Source of the DNA: Geodermatophilaceae bacterium | Lineage (GTDB): Bacteria > Actinomycetota > Actinomycetes > Mycobacteriales > Geodermatophilaceae | Assembly: GCA_050999295.1 (NCBI GenBank) | Contig: JBPCPI010000089.1 | Location: 4,533 to 68,532, forward strand | Length of the DNA: 64,000 nucleotides | Direction: 5' to 3' | Shown: positions 9,665-19,001 of the stretch, in pieces | How positions within the stretch are numbered: the stretch's first letter is position 1 | Layout of the letters: every line of letters starts with the position of its first letter | Made by a program: the position numbers and the translations under genes | Notes under the pieces: model-generated | Told to the model about the DNA's origin: nothing | The model's input: only the letters and a program-made list of their open reading frames with translations | Databases searched by the model: none

Positions 9665-11304
9665 TAGCTACTTCGACCTGAAATAGTCGGTCGACTGAAT
9701 GTGGGGCACCCCCGAAGGTGGGTGCTTTGGTCGTTCTGATCTTCAGATTCCGGTCGATCAGCTGGCCAGCGCACCGATCTTGACAAGATTGTGCGCGAGG
9801 ACCGCCTGTCCGGTCCAGATCCGGGCTCCTTCGGTGCCGTCCAGCCGGGTGCGATCCCATCCGTATCCTCGTTTGAGGTAGCTGATCCGTCCTTCGCTGC
9901 CGGTTCGCCACTTCACGGTCTTTCGGAACGCGGGTCGGTGCTCTTGGGCCTGTCTGGCCTTACCGGGCTTGCCTTTGCGGGGGATGACGACGCTGCGAAC
10001 GCCGAGATCGTGCAGGTCGTCCTCGACCCGGCTCTCGCCGTAGCCCCGGTCGGCGGTGACGGTGCGGGGCTTGCGGCCGGTCCGCTTGATCACGCGTTCG
10101 ACGGCCGGTGCGAGTTGCGGCGCGTCCGGCGGGTTGCCTTGGGTCACGGTGTGGTCGAGCACGACCCCGTCGTCGTTGTCGAGGACCTGCGCCTTGTAGC
10201 CGAACTCGACCGGCTTGCCGAGTCTGCCTTTGGCGATCGGACGGGCGTCGGGCTCGTGCAGGCTGACCCGCCGGGTCGCCCCATCCGGAGTGATCCCGGC
10301 TACCCGTTGCCTGGTCTGCGCGGCGATCCGGCGGGTTGCATCGAGCAGCTTCGCCAGGTCGTCGACTGCGCGGCGGAGCCGGCCCCGGCGTCGACCCGCG
10401 GCCGCGTCCCGGCCGCCGACCGCGGCAAGGCCGGCGGCCTTCGCCTGCGCACGGCGTAGCGCCCGCCGGGCGTTGGCCAGCAGCCGCTCGGCCTCGGTGG
10501 CCGCCCGCTCGGCAAGCTGGGCGAGTTCACCGGTGATCCGCTGCACCCTGCGCTGCGCCTCGTCCCGGCCCTGCGCGGCTCGCAGCCGAAGCTTCGCGGC
10601 GATCCCGTGCGCCCGCTTGCCCGCTGACCGACTGCGGTCCCGCAGTCGGGTCCGGGTCGCGCCACCGGCAGCCTGAACTCGCCGGCCCGGTCACGGCGAT
10701 CCGCCAAATCGCCTTGGCCAACAGGCCCGAGTCCGTCGGATAGGCCACGTCCGCCGGGACCACCGTGGTGTCCGCGCGCAGCCGCGACGTGCGCAGCAGC
10801 TTCGCCTCGGCGGCCTTGGCCAGCAGCGCCTCGTTGCACCCATCCACCGCCGCGGTGCCACACCGAGTGGTCAGCTTCATCAGCGTCGTCGGATGCGGCA
10901 CCGTGGCCCCGAGTGGGATCCGGCAGAACAGCCGCCACGTGATCGAGTCGCTGACCTCACGACACAACGACTCATATCCCAGCCGGTAGCGGAACTTCAG
11001 AAACATCATCCGAAGGTAGGTCTCCACCGGCGTCGACGGGCGGCCCATCCGAGCATCAAAGAACCGCACGAACGGCCGAAAGAACGCCGGATCATCCAGC
11101 AGGACATCGACCCGAGCCAGCTCCCCGGGCAACACCAGCAACTCCGCCGGCAGGACCGACTCCCACAACGAGCGTTGATCGCCTACGGTACGAAACACGA
11201 TGGCCTCGATCCCTTCTAGCCCAATGGTTCGAGGCCATTCTCTCGATCAACACCGCCCCGATCAGTGACCGCCACGCGGCCACTTTTTCAGGTCGAAGTA
11301 GCTA
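9665..11304 (-). mobile_element. IS element, IS5/IS1182-type DDE transposase, perfect 19-bp terminal inverted repeats
   Basis: TAGCTACTTCGACCTGAAA at 9665-9683 is the exact reverse complement of 11286-11304. The transposase coding sequence lies between them. Confidence 0.8.
9758..11198 (-). pseudogene. IS transposase (DUF772 N-terminus plus DDE C-terminus) interrupted by a 1-nt frameshift near 10684-10690
   Basis: After ...LLAKAIWRIAVTG, ORF1 (10527-11198) becomes Arg/Gly-rich nonsense. The ORF2 frame (9758-10546) reads back through ...PGRRVQAAGGATRTRLRDRSRSAGKRAHGIAAKLRLRAAQGRDEAQRRVQRITGEL to a TGA right at the GGGCCGG run. Confidence 0.8.
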
Positions 11305-11477
11305 ATGAGGCGGATAACTGCCCGATCTCGCGTCTCGGTGGCGGCCAAACCGGCCTCTATCCCCCGGTCGCTATGGGACAATTACCGAAAGAGCCGACCG
11401 TGGTTTGCTCGCTGGGTCATTCATGCGGTCGGCAGCTGACTACGCGGTGTCTGGGGCAATACTTGGCAAGGAGGACC

Positions 11478-12227
11478 GTGACCGATCCACTGGTGCAACC
11501 GCGTCCTGATGGACAGAACCCCGCCGACTACACCGACGACGTGGTTTCGGCGGACTTGGTCCGCCTCGTGCGTGACCTGGGTCCGGGTGGCCGGCTGCCG
11601 GGTGAACGCGACCTAGCGATCCAGCTAGGGGTCAGCCGGACGGCACTGCGCGACCGGCTTCAACTTCTCGATGGACTTGGTGTGCTGCGCCGTACGACCG
11701 GTTCCGGCACCTATGTCCAGACATTGCAGCCCACCGGACTCGCGCTTGCCCTGAACGTCGCCATAAGCGTCTCTCAGCTCTCCACCGAGGCGCTGCACTC
11801 GGTTCGAATCGCGCTGGAACGGCAAGCGGCCGCCGAGGCAGCTCTGGCCGGTGACTACGTCCTGATGGCCTACATGCGAAAGGCCATCCACACGATCGAT
11901 GTCGCGAGCGATGACGCAGATGTCGACGATGCGGACTTCCACTTCCACGACGCGCTCCTTCGCGCCGCCGGCAACCCAGCGCTCAGCTTCTTCGCCGACG
12001 CACTCTCGGGTGTGCTCAAGCGGGCGCTGAGCCAGCGGCGCGCTGAAATGCGACTCCACGTTGGTGACCATGAGGTGATGGTCAATGTGCATCAGGCAAT
12101 CTATGAGGCTGTGCTGTCAGGGGACCCGGCAGCAGCGATGGCAGCGACTGACAATCACTTCGAGACGTTCGAACACTTTGCCGGGGGTGGGCACTACCGA
12201 ACCGCGCTACCCCCGCGAGGACGCTGA
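11478..12227 (+). CDS. GntR/FadR family transcriptional regulator (paralog 1)
   Basis: AAGGAGG precedes GTG 11478. wHTH block GERDLAIQLGVSRTALRDRLQLLDGLGVLRR plus an FCD-type helical C-terminus. The 3' end overlaps the convergent carrier-protein gene by 21 nt. Confidence 0.85.
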   Translation: MTDPLVQPRPDGQNPADYTDDVVSADLVRLVRDLGPGGRLPGERDLAIQLGVSRTALRDRLQLLDGLGVLRRTTGSGTYVQTLQPTGLALALNVAISVSQLSTEALHSVRIALERQAAAEAALAGDYVLMAYMRKAIHTIDVASDDADVDDADFHFHDALLRAAGNPALSFFADALSGVLKRALSQRRAEMRLHVGDHEVMVNVHQAIYEAVLSGDPAAAMAATDNHFETFEHFAGGGHYRTALPPRGR

Positions 12228-12467
12228 TTCCTTCGGCTGCAAGAAGTGGACCTCAATGGCGTCCAGGGTCCGGAATTGGTCGACACTGAGTTCATCTGCT
12301 GGGATGTCCCTGGCGACGAGGGACTCCAGCAACAAGATGAACTCCATGAAGCTGAGTGAGTCGATAAGTCGGTTCTCGATCAAGTCGAGATCCCGGGGTA
12401 TGTCCTCGAGATCGTTGTTCTTCATCTGCAGCCAGTCGATCACGGGCTTGAGGTCTTCCGACATCAC
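12207..12467 (-). CDS. acyl/aminoacyl carrier protein (86 aa)
   Basis: Four-helix carrier pattern with phosphopantetheine-Ser motif LIDSLSFMEF. The start overlaps the PPTase stop. About 54% GC by hand count of 12241-12420. Confidence 0.85.
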   Translation of the reverse strand: MMSEDLKPVIDWLQMKNNDLEDIPRDLDLIENRLIDSLSFMEFILLLESLVARDIPADELSVDQFRTLDAIEVHFLQPKESASSRG

Positions 12468-12928
12468 TGATCGCTCCTATTCAGGTCTTGGGACATTCCG
12501 ACGGCGACCGCGACCGCGTACGCGTCCTCATGCGTCATGCTCAGCGTGATGTCACCTACGCCCCGCTGACGGGCAAGCTCTTCGGCCCGTCCGTGCAGGG
12601 TCACGACGCAGGACCCTCCCGCCGTGCGTCCGATTTCGACGTCTTTCCAGGGTGGCGCCGCTGTCGTCGGCTGTAGGAGCTTGAACACGGCCTCCTTGGC
12701 TGCGAAGCGTGCGGCGAAATGTCGCGCCTGTGCCCCCGACAGAGGGGGAGCCGATTCGATCTCAGTCCGCGTGAACACCCGGCTCGCGAACCGCTCGCCC
12801 AGCCGCGCCACCACGTCGGCCATTCGGAGCACGGACACGATGTCTACCCCTACGACTGGACGTGGCGGCGGTGTGCTCGAACCCCTTGGCAGGCCCGGCG
12901 GCCGCGACGATTCTGCTGACCCGGTCAT
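12464..12928 (-). CDS. acpS: holo-[acyl-carrier-protein] synthase (AcpS-type 4'-phosphopantetheinyl transferase)
   Basis: VGVDIVSV..., FAAKEAVFKLL, WKDVEI...LSMTHEDAYAVAVAV. ATGA overlap with the upstream gene. Confidence 0.85.
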   Translation of the reverse strand: MTGSAESSRPPGLPRGSSTPPPRPVVGVDIVSVLRMADVVARLGERFASRVFTRTEIESAPPLSGAQARHFAARFAAKEAVFKLLQPTTAAPPWKDVEIGRTAGGSCVVTLHGRAEELARQRGVGDITLSMTHEDAYAVAVAVGMSQDLNRSDQ

Positions 12929-13953
12929 GAACGCATCGGCGACAACGTTGCGTCGTACTCAGCTCTGAGCCGGCCGACGATGTCCTTGGCGGGCGCGAGC
13001 CGAGTCACGCGCTCGCATGAGGTCCCGCAGTACATGGCCATCAGATCGATCCGCCCTTCGGTACGAGCAGTGGGCACCGCTGCGCTGTACCGAGGCACAG
13101 GTAACCGGCGACCCTCCACATCCGTCGTTGCGATGAATTGAGCGGCCTCACGGTTGCGCGCCTGGGTAGTCGCGTTCTGAAGCACCCGATGCGGGCGGTG
13201 CGGCCATCCGATGTCGAATGCTTCGGTGATCACTGTGTCACCGTCCCCGGCGTCCAGCACGCGTTGCTTGTAGTCCGGATGGGCGCGTGACTCGCGGGCC
13301 GGGATGAAAAGCGTGCCCGCCATGGCCCCATCGGCGCCCTCGGTCAGTGCCGCAGCCAGGTCGACCCCGGTCGCGATCCCGCCCGCCACGACGAGCACGG
13401 CCAGTGGGTGCTGGGAGCGAACTTCGGTGAGCAGTTCTGTCGAGGAAGTCGTGCCGAGATGGTGACCGCCTGCTTCGCAGCCTTGGAGAACGAGCGCGTC
13501 AGCGCCGAGCACGAGCGCTGCAGCCGCGTCCTGGGGTGTGCCGACCTGAACGACGAGATGCCGCTGGGCGCTCTTGACCAGTTCGCCGAGGTCGCTGTCT
13601 GGCAGCCCGAAAGTCGTCACGAACCCAGACTCGGGCAAATCCTCCAGGGCGGCGACGACCTGCTCACATGCGGCCGCATGGCCGCTGACCTCAGGGATGA
13701 CGTTGATCCCGAACGGGCGGTCGCACTGAGCCGCTGTTTGTCGGACAAGTCGGCGGATCGATTCGGCCCGCTCCTTGTACAACGCCAGGATGCCGCCGGC
13801 GCCGGAGTTCGAAACGCCGGCCGCGAGTTCCGGTCCCGCCACGCCACCCATCCCCGCCTGCAGTAGCGGCAGCGTCAGACCGAGGAGGTCGGTGAGGCGG
13901 GTGACGAGGGCATTTCCCCTCGGCATCATCACGTTGGCGTCATGAGCAGTCAT
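12925..13953 (-). CDS. nitronate monooxygenase / FabK-like FMN enzyme (NMO family)
   Basis: LPLLQAGMGGVAGPELAAGVSNSGAGGILA, GCEAGGH and VVAGGIATG motifs. Confidence 0.8.
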   Translation of the reverse strand: MTAHDANVMMPRGNALVTRLTDLLGLTLPLLQAGMGGVAGPELAAGVSNSGAGGILALYKERAESIRRLVRQTAAQCDRPFGINVIPEVSGHAAACEQVVAALEDLPESGFVTTFGLPDSDLGELVKSAQRHLVVQVGTPQDAAAALVLGADALVLQGCEAGGHHLGTTSSTELLTEVRSQHPLAVLVVAGGIATGVDLAAALTEGADGAMAGTLFIPARESRAHPDYKQRVLDAGDGDTVITEAFDIGWPHRPHRVLQNATTQARNREAAQFIATTDVEGRRLPVPRYSAAVPTARTEGRIDLMAMYCGTSCERVTRLAPAKDIVGRLRAEYDATLSPMRS

Positions 13954-14995
13954 CGTCGTCAGCAGGCTTTCGGGCGATGACGGCGCTGCGGTCGCCGGTC
14001 GTCGATCGACAGTCGACGACGGAGAATCCGGCCTCCTGCAACATGTCGCCGAGCTCGGCCACCGACCAGCACTTGCCGGGTGTGGAGTGCATGAGGAGCA
14101 CTGAGTATTCGGCCACCGAGCGCGGGCCGGTCTTGCGTCCGTCGATGTGTGCGTCGTGATCGACTAACCATCCTCCGGGCGGGAGTGCCGCGAAGGAGGA
14201 CGCGATCAGATGCCGCACGTGTTCCTGCCCCCAGTCATGGAGAACGTGCGAGAACAGGTGCAGGTCATAGCCTTCAGGCAGGGGGTCTGTGAACATGTCA
14301 CCGGCGATCACGTCGACTCGGTCGGCATACCCACGATCTGCCAGCAGCTGCCGGGCGGCTTGGTCGACTGGCGGGCATTCGAAGACCGCCGCCCGCATGT
14401 CCGGCATCCGGTCCAGCAGGGCGCAGGCGTAGATGCCCGAGCCGCCTCCGACATCGAGCACCCGACCGGCGCCGGCCGTACCGTCGAGAGCCACAGCCAG
14501 GGCCGGACCGAGGAACCTCCCCCGTGCGTCCATGGCCGCGGTGATCCGCTGGGCGAACGCCGGCTCGATGAGCCGCTCGGACCAGTCCTGTCTAGCCTCT
14601 GCGCTCGCCCAGGATGCGGGCCTTCCCGTGCGCAGAACTTGGAGTAGCTCGAGGCACGCCGGGCGTTCTCGTAGCGAGGCGTAGTAGGCGCGAAGATCCC
14701 ATGGGGAAGTGGCCACGAGATGGTCTGCGGCCAACTGCGTGAGGCGCAAACTGTCGGCTGCGCCGCGCTGGAGCAGACCCAGCGAGACGAGGTAGGTGGT
14801 CATCACGTCGAAGGCTCGCGCATCGAGATCGAGTTGTTGGCAGATCTCCCCGCTGCGAGCCTGCGGGTTGCCGTCCAGCCACGTGAACAGATCAAGCTCT
14901 GCTACTGCCACGATCAGCAGATCAGCGGCGTAGATGCCGTCACGTAACCGGTAGAGGACGTGCGGATCAGTCGGCTGGTGGCCCGGGGTGATCAC
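13940..14995 (-). CDS. class I SAM-dependent O-methyltransferase (dimerisation domain plus Methyltransf_2)
   Basis: N-terminal dimerisation helix pattern, SAM motif VLDVGGGSGIYA, LFSHVLHDW. Confidence 0.85.
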   Translation of the reverse strand: MITPGHQPTDPHVLYRLRDGIYAADLLIVAVAELDLFTWLDGNPQARSGEICQQLDLDARAFDVMTTYLVSLGLLQRGAADSLRLTQLAADHLVATSPWDLRAYYASLRERPACLELLQVLRTGRPASWASAEARQDWSERLIEPAFAQRITAAMDARGRFLGPALAVALDGTAGAGRVLDVGGGSGIYACALLDRMPDMRAAVFECPPVDQAARQLLADRGYADRVDVIAGDMFTDPLPEGYDLHLFSHVLHDWGQEHVRHLIASSFAALPPGGWLVDHDAHIDGRKTGPRSVAEYSVLLMHSTPGKCWSVAELGDMLQEAGFSVVDCRSTTGDRSAVIARKPADDDDCS

Positions 14996-15993
14996 GAGGC
15001 ACGCGGCTTGGCCGCCACCAACACCGTCGAAACGTTTCCGCCGATAGTGAAGGTCGTCGGTTCCTCGAACCCCACCTCACGAAGCAGGGCGGAGGTTTCC
15101 CCGATCGTGTAGTCCCCGCCGCCCTCCCACAAGATCATCGAGGAGAGGTGATGCAGCGCAGCAAAGGGTGGGCTGACCCGGTCCTCGCCCAGAAAGTTGC
15201 CGTTGAGGATGACGCGACCGCCGGGCTCGAGGGCGGCGTAGGCGCGCTCGAGAAGCAGGCGTCGCCTCTCGTCGGTCTCGGCGTGGAACATGTTGGACAG
15301 CAGTACGCCAGCGAGCCCGTCGCCATAAGCCGAAGTGGCGTAGTCGCGGGCGACGGCCACGACCCGGTCTGCCATGCCGAGTTCGGAGATGACCTTGTTG
15401 GCGATCGGAACTGTGTCCGGAATATCGAAGATCTGGGCCTGCAGCTGCGGATGTCGCCGGCACAGGGCCATGGAGTACGCGCCACATCCCCCACCGAGGT
15501 CGACGAGTGTTCCCACTAGCGGTGGATCGATGCCGTCGGCCAGCTCGTCGGCCAGCGGCACGGCGTACCGGTAGAAACCAATCTCGAGATCCCGCAACTT
15601 GGCTGGGTCCGTGCTCATTCCGGAGTCGCCGACCGCTACCGGACCACCTTTACGGACCAGCTCGGTCAGCTGCGCCCAGGACCGCCCCCACTCCCCCATC
15701 GTGCGTACCCATCCGGTCAGACTCTCGTCCGAATCGTCGGCAAGGAATCGGCGAGCTGTCTGAGTGACGGAGAAGTGATCCTTGTTCCGCGTGAGCAATC
15801 GCATGGCCACGGCCGCGTTCAGTAGCGCGTCGGTTGCTGCCGTGTCCAGTTGTAGGCGGCCCGCCACGTCCTCGGCGGTGAGTGGACTCTCGAGAAGGGT
15901 GTCCACAACTCGCAACTCGGCGAGGGTGTAGAGGACTTCGGCCTGCCAGGTACCGACCGCCAGCTGCGCGATGTGCCGCATGCCCAGTTCCAT
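14992..15993 (-). CDS. class I SAM-dependent O-methyltransferase (second copy, same fold)
   Basis: LVDLGGGCGAYS SAM motif and a COMT/CrtF-like layout. 4-nt overlap with the next gene. Confidence 0.85.
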   Translation of the reverse strand: MELGMRHIAQLAVGTWQAEVLYTLAELRVVDTLLESPLTAEDVAGRLQLDTAATDALLNAAVAMRLLTRNKDHFSVTQTARRFLADDSDESLTGWVRTMGEWGRSWAQLTELVRKGGPVAVGDSGMSTDPAKLRDLEIGFYRYAVPLADELADGIDPPLVGTLVDLGGGCGAYSMALCRRHPQLQAQIFDIPDTVPIANKVISELGMADRVVAVARDYATSAYGDGLAGVLLSNMFHAETDERRRLLLERAYAALEPGGRVILNGNFLGEDRVSPPFAALHHLSSMILWEGGGDYTIGETSALLREVGFEEPTTFTIGGNVSTVLVAAKPRAS

Positions 15994-16014
15994 GATCTAC
16001 CTACCCATCAACGG

Positions 16015-17973
16015 TCAGGACACAAGAGAGGGGGCTTGGCTGACAACCTCTCGCTCCATGCGTCCGACGAAGTACGCGCTCTCCTCGTGATTGGTCGTCG
16101 AGACGAAATTGGAGAAACCGACCTTGTAGTAGAAGGCGCTCTCGACCGGGGCTGCCTGCTCGGGGGCGGGTGTCTCCCCGGCCTTCAAGGCAGCGATCAA
16201 CGCCGGGACATCCGCGGTCAGCTTGATGGGCCTGCGCCGGTAGAACTGCTCGTTGGCGATGTCGACAACCTCGAGATCATCAGCGTCGGTCTCGTTGGAC
16301 AGGTTGCAGATAGGCAACGTCAGCAGGTCATATGCGAAGACGTCGGCGAGTAGCGGACGCACCTTTTCCGGCAACAGCGGGTCGATCGCCTCACGCCACC
16401 AGCGAGCCAATACGGCCTTGCCGTCGGGGTTGCCGTGCAGGAAGACCAGGGCCGGTCCGACCGCGCTGGACTCACCGGATGCCTTGCTCGCGATCTCCCG
16501 AAGGGGCGCGGACGCGCTGTCGGTCTGCTTGTCCACCCAGTCGCCGAGGTTCAGGAGAACTTGGGATTGCTCCATACCACCCAAGATCCGCAACGGCGTC
16601 CAGATGTTGCGCAATACCAGGTTCTCCGCGATCACCCGCGCCCAGAACAGGAAGCGATGCATCTGTCGGTTGTCCTCGAGGGACATGGAGTCGTGTGCCA
16701 GCACGTATTCGAAATCGTCGTTGTCACCACGAATGGTGATGAAGCCGTAGTCCTTCTTCTTCTCCGAGTAGTCGGTGTTCGGTAACAGGAGCAACGGATA
16801 GGCGGCAATCCGCGACACATGATGGGAGAGCCGGTCATAGCCCTCCAAGAAGGACCGGACGGTCTCCCCAGGCGACCCCCAGATGATTTCGGCGTAACAG
16901 TCGAGTCCCTCGCCTTCCAGCCATTCGACCAGGTCAGTCCAGTCGTTGACCTTCATGTTCTTCCGGTTCATCCTGTCGAGTGCATCGCCGGAAAGGGTCT
17001 GTAGTGCGAGTGTGAAGGAGCTGCGCAGCCCGGCTCGCTTCATGTCGCGCACGATGTTGTAGAAGACTTTGGACTTGTTCTTCGCCCACGAGGTCTCGAG
17101 AGTCTTGGGATAGCCGTATTGTTCCTTGACTTCGATCAGATCTTGTACGAACTCCACATCGATGGGCAACATCCCGAAGTTGGCATCGCAGAGAACGATG
17201 GTCTCGACCTTGAGTTGGGCCATGAGTTCGAGTTCGGAACGGAGTCTCGCACGAGAGAAGGCGCGAACACGCTGGCCGACGGCGCCGCCCCAGAAACAGA
17301 ACGAACACTTGTAGGGACATCCGCGGTTGGTCTCCATGAGGGCAACGTCGTACGGAAAGGCGCCGTTCTCATCCGTCAGCCGGATTGCCCCGGTGAGGAA
17401 CGGGGACGGAATGACGTCCAGATCCTCGATCCTGGGTCGTTCCTCGGTGGTTGTGATCGCCCCGGAATCGTCCTTGAAGGCGATACCCGTAATCGCGCCC
17501 AGATGACCGGGTTTCGTGCCGTCGAGGAAGGCATTCAACAGGTCGGCAAAGATGAACTCGCCCTCTCCGTTGACGATGACATCCACCTCCGGGAACATCG
17601 GAAAAACACGGGCTGCCTGGTGGGCAACATGCGTTCCTCCCATGACCACCCACCCATCAGGGTTGAGCTGCTTGAACGTCTCGGCCAGGGCGGCGAAGGT
17701 TCGGGAGTTCCACCCTGCGACGGAGAAGGCCAGGATGTCCGGAGTACCGGCCTGGAAGAGATCGTTCGCCATGTCCGAGAGCGTCAACCCGCCCCGATAG
17801 TTGAAGATCTCGATGTTCATCTCCGCAGCGATGCGGGTGTCAGCAAGAGCGGTGGCCTTCACGTAGCCAGCGGCCAGGGGCATGGATTCCATGGGCATGT
17901 CCCACACGCCTTGTTGCACAAGCCACGCACTGCGGCGCTTCTCCGGTGCGGGTGGGTACAACTCGAGTGTCAT
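16015..17973 (-). CDS. B12-binding-domain radical SAM enzyme (class B)
   Basis: N-terminal Rossmann-like cobalamin domain, then NRGCPYKCSFCFWG (CxxxCxxC). 652 aa. ATGA overlap with the upstream gene. About 45% GC in sampled line 17101-17160. Confidence 0.85.
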   Translation of the reverse strand: MTLELYPPAPEKRRSAWLVQQGVWDMPMESMPLAAGYVKATALADTRIAAEMNIEIFNYRGGLTLSDMANDLFQAGTPDILAFSVAGWNSRTFAALAETFKQLNPDGWVVMGGTHVAHQAARVFPMFPEVDVIVNGEGEFIFADLLNAFLDGTKPGHLGAITGIAFKDDSGAITTTEERPRIEDLDVIPSPFLTGAIRLTDENGAFPYDVALMETNRGCPYKCSFCFWGGAVGQRVRAFSRARLRSELELMAQLKVETIVLCDANFGMLPIDVEFVQDLIEVKEQYGYPKTLETSWAKNKSKVFYNIVRDMKRAGLRSSFTLALQTLSGDALDRMNRKNMKVNDWTDLVEWLEGEGLDCYAEIIWGSPGETVRSFLEGYDRLSHHVSRIAAYPLLLLPNTDYSEKKKDYGFITIRGDNDDFEYVLAHDSMSLEDNRQMHRFLFWARVIAENLVLRNIWTPLRILGGMEQSQVLLNLGDWVDKQTDSASAPLREIASKASGESSAVGPALVFLHGNPDGKAVLARWWREAIDPLLPEKVRPLLADVFAYDLLTLPICNLSNETDADDLEVVDIANEQFYRRRPIKLTADVPALIAALKAGETPAPEQAAPVESAFYYKVGFSNFVSTTNHEESAYFVGRMEREVVSQAPSLVS

Positions 17974-18923
17974 GACTCACTGCCAATCTGTCGGGACGTC
18001 GGATCTCGACGTTCCGCTCGCTCGGTGTTGGGTGAATGGGCCCGGACGACGTCGCCGGCAGCAATCAGGTCACCGCCGAAGGTTTCTGACAACGCGTAGA
18101 TCCATCGCTCGAGACCGAATGCAACGCAACTGGTGAACGCACTGGCACCGCGTTGCGTGATCGAGCAGCGGTCACCGAAGAAATTGCGGTGGAAGTTGAG
18201 CGAGGCAATCGCGCAATCTGTACCGAAGACGTACTCCCACTTCACCGGGTCCATCTTCTGCATGAGCGCTCGGGGGCCGCTGGGGCGAAAGAATGGATCC
18301 GTTGCCGTCTCCTCCTTGAGCAGGAGGCCGATATCGGCTGCGAAACCTGTCACCCGCTGGCGAAAATGGTCCAGGTGGGCCAACGCTGCGTCCATACCCC
18401 CGATGAACACCACCTCGCGCATATGGAAATTCCACAGGCGCTTCAGACTGTGATGCTCCTCTTCGTTTCGGTAGCAACTCGCTTTAGTGGTGACCAGGAG
18501 ATCGGCGTCGAGCCTCGTATCCTGAAGATCGAAATAGACCGGGTAACAGGCCGCAGAGGGCAGCATGAATCGCACTTCCTCGAGGTGTCCTGGCGGAAGC
18601 GAGACCGGTTGCAAGCACTGGTCCGCGTACCCGCCGAGCGAAGCGGAACTGAGCCGCGATACCGCAGATCCCAGATGCGGGAAGTTCTTGAAGTAGTCAA
18701 TGCTTTCGAGGCTGTCAACCGCGAGAACGCCCGGATAGCTGACCTCGATCGCCCCCTGCTCGGCGGCCCATCCTCGAAAGGCGCCGTCGAGTTGACGCAC
18801 CAACGCAGTCGCTTTCGGTCCTATCGTTGCGCGCCCGTAGCTGGTGTTCCACGGCCTGGACGATGGCTCCACCGTAATGCCGGTCCCGGAACTGCGTGGC
18901 GAGGACAGCATGTGTGAGTTCAC
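17970..18923 (-). CDS. class II aminoacyl-tRNA-synthetase catalytic-core homolog without tRNA-binding domain (amino acid:[carrier protein] ligase type)
   Basis: 317 aa. Motif-2-like ASCYRNEEEHHSLKRLWNFHMREVVFIG and motif-3-like SCVAFGLERW. Cys/Glu/Cys candidates for the Zn site of atypical SerRS-like enzymes. No N-terminal coiled coil or anticodon domain. Confidence 0.7.
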   Translation of the reverse strand: MNSHMLSSPRSSGTGITVEPSSRPWNTSYGRATIGPKATALVRQLDGAFRGWAAEQGAIEVSYPGVLAVDSLESIDYFKNFPHLGSAVSRLSSASLGGYADQCLQPVSLPPGHLEEVRFMLPSAACYPVYFDLQDTRLDADLLVTTKASCYRNEEEHHSLKRLWNFHMREVVFIGGMDAALAHLDHFRQRVTGFAADIGLLLKEETATDPFFRPSGPRALMQKMDPVKWEYVFGTDCAIASLNFHRNFFGDRCSITQRGASAFTSCVAFGLERWIYALSETFGGDLIAAGDVVRAHSPNTERAERRDPTSRQIGSES

Positions 18924-19001
18924 TCCAGTTGTACATCGACTGGGCTGACAGGAATAAGCAATTGAGTCCTGGTTCTGTGCCCGGCACCCCGGGGCGCCAG
19001 G

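Noticed and set aside
9661-9668. Target-site duplication of the IS
   Set aside because: The ends form the palindrome TAGCTA, so TA, TAG/CTA or no duplication are indistinguishable from this copy alone.
10681-10690. Programmed ribosomal frameshift in the IS transposase
   Set aside because: The required shift is +1 at a GGGCCGG run without a recognisable slippery heptamer or downstream structure. IS1182-type elements normally encode a single ORF. A mutational 1-nt insertion is the simpler reading, though other copies should be checked.
17119-18917. Plus-strand ORFs 17119-18099 (326 aa) and 18153-18917 (254 aa)
   Set aside because: They are antisense to the rSAM and ligase genes, with no recognisable motifs, while the minus-strand products have clear family signatures.
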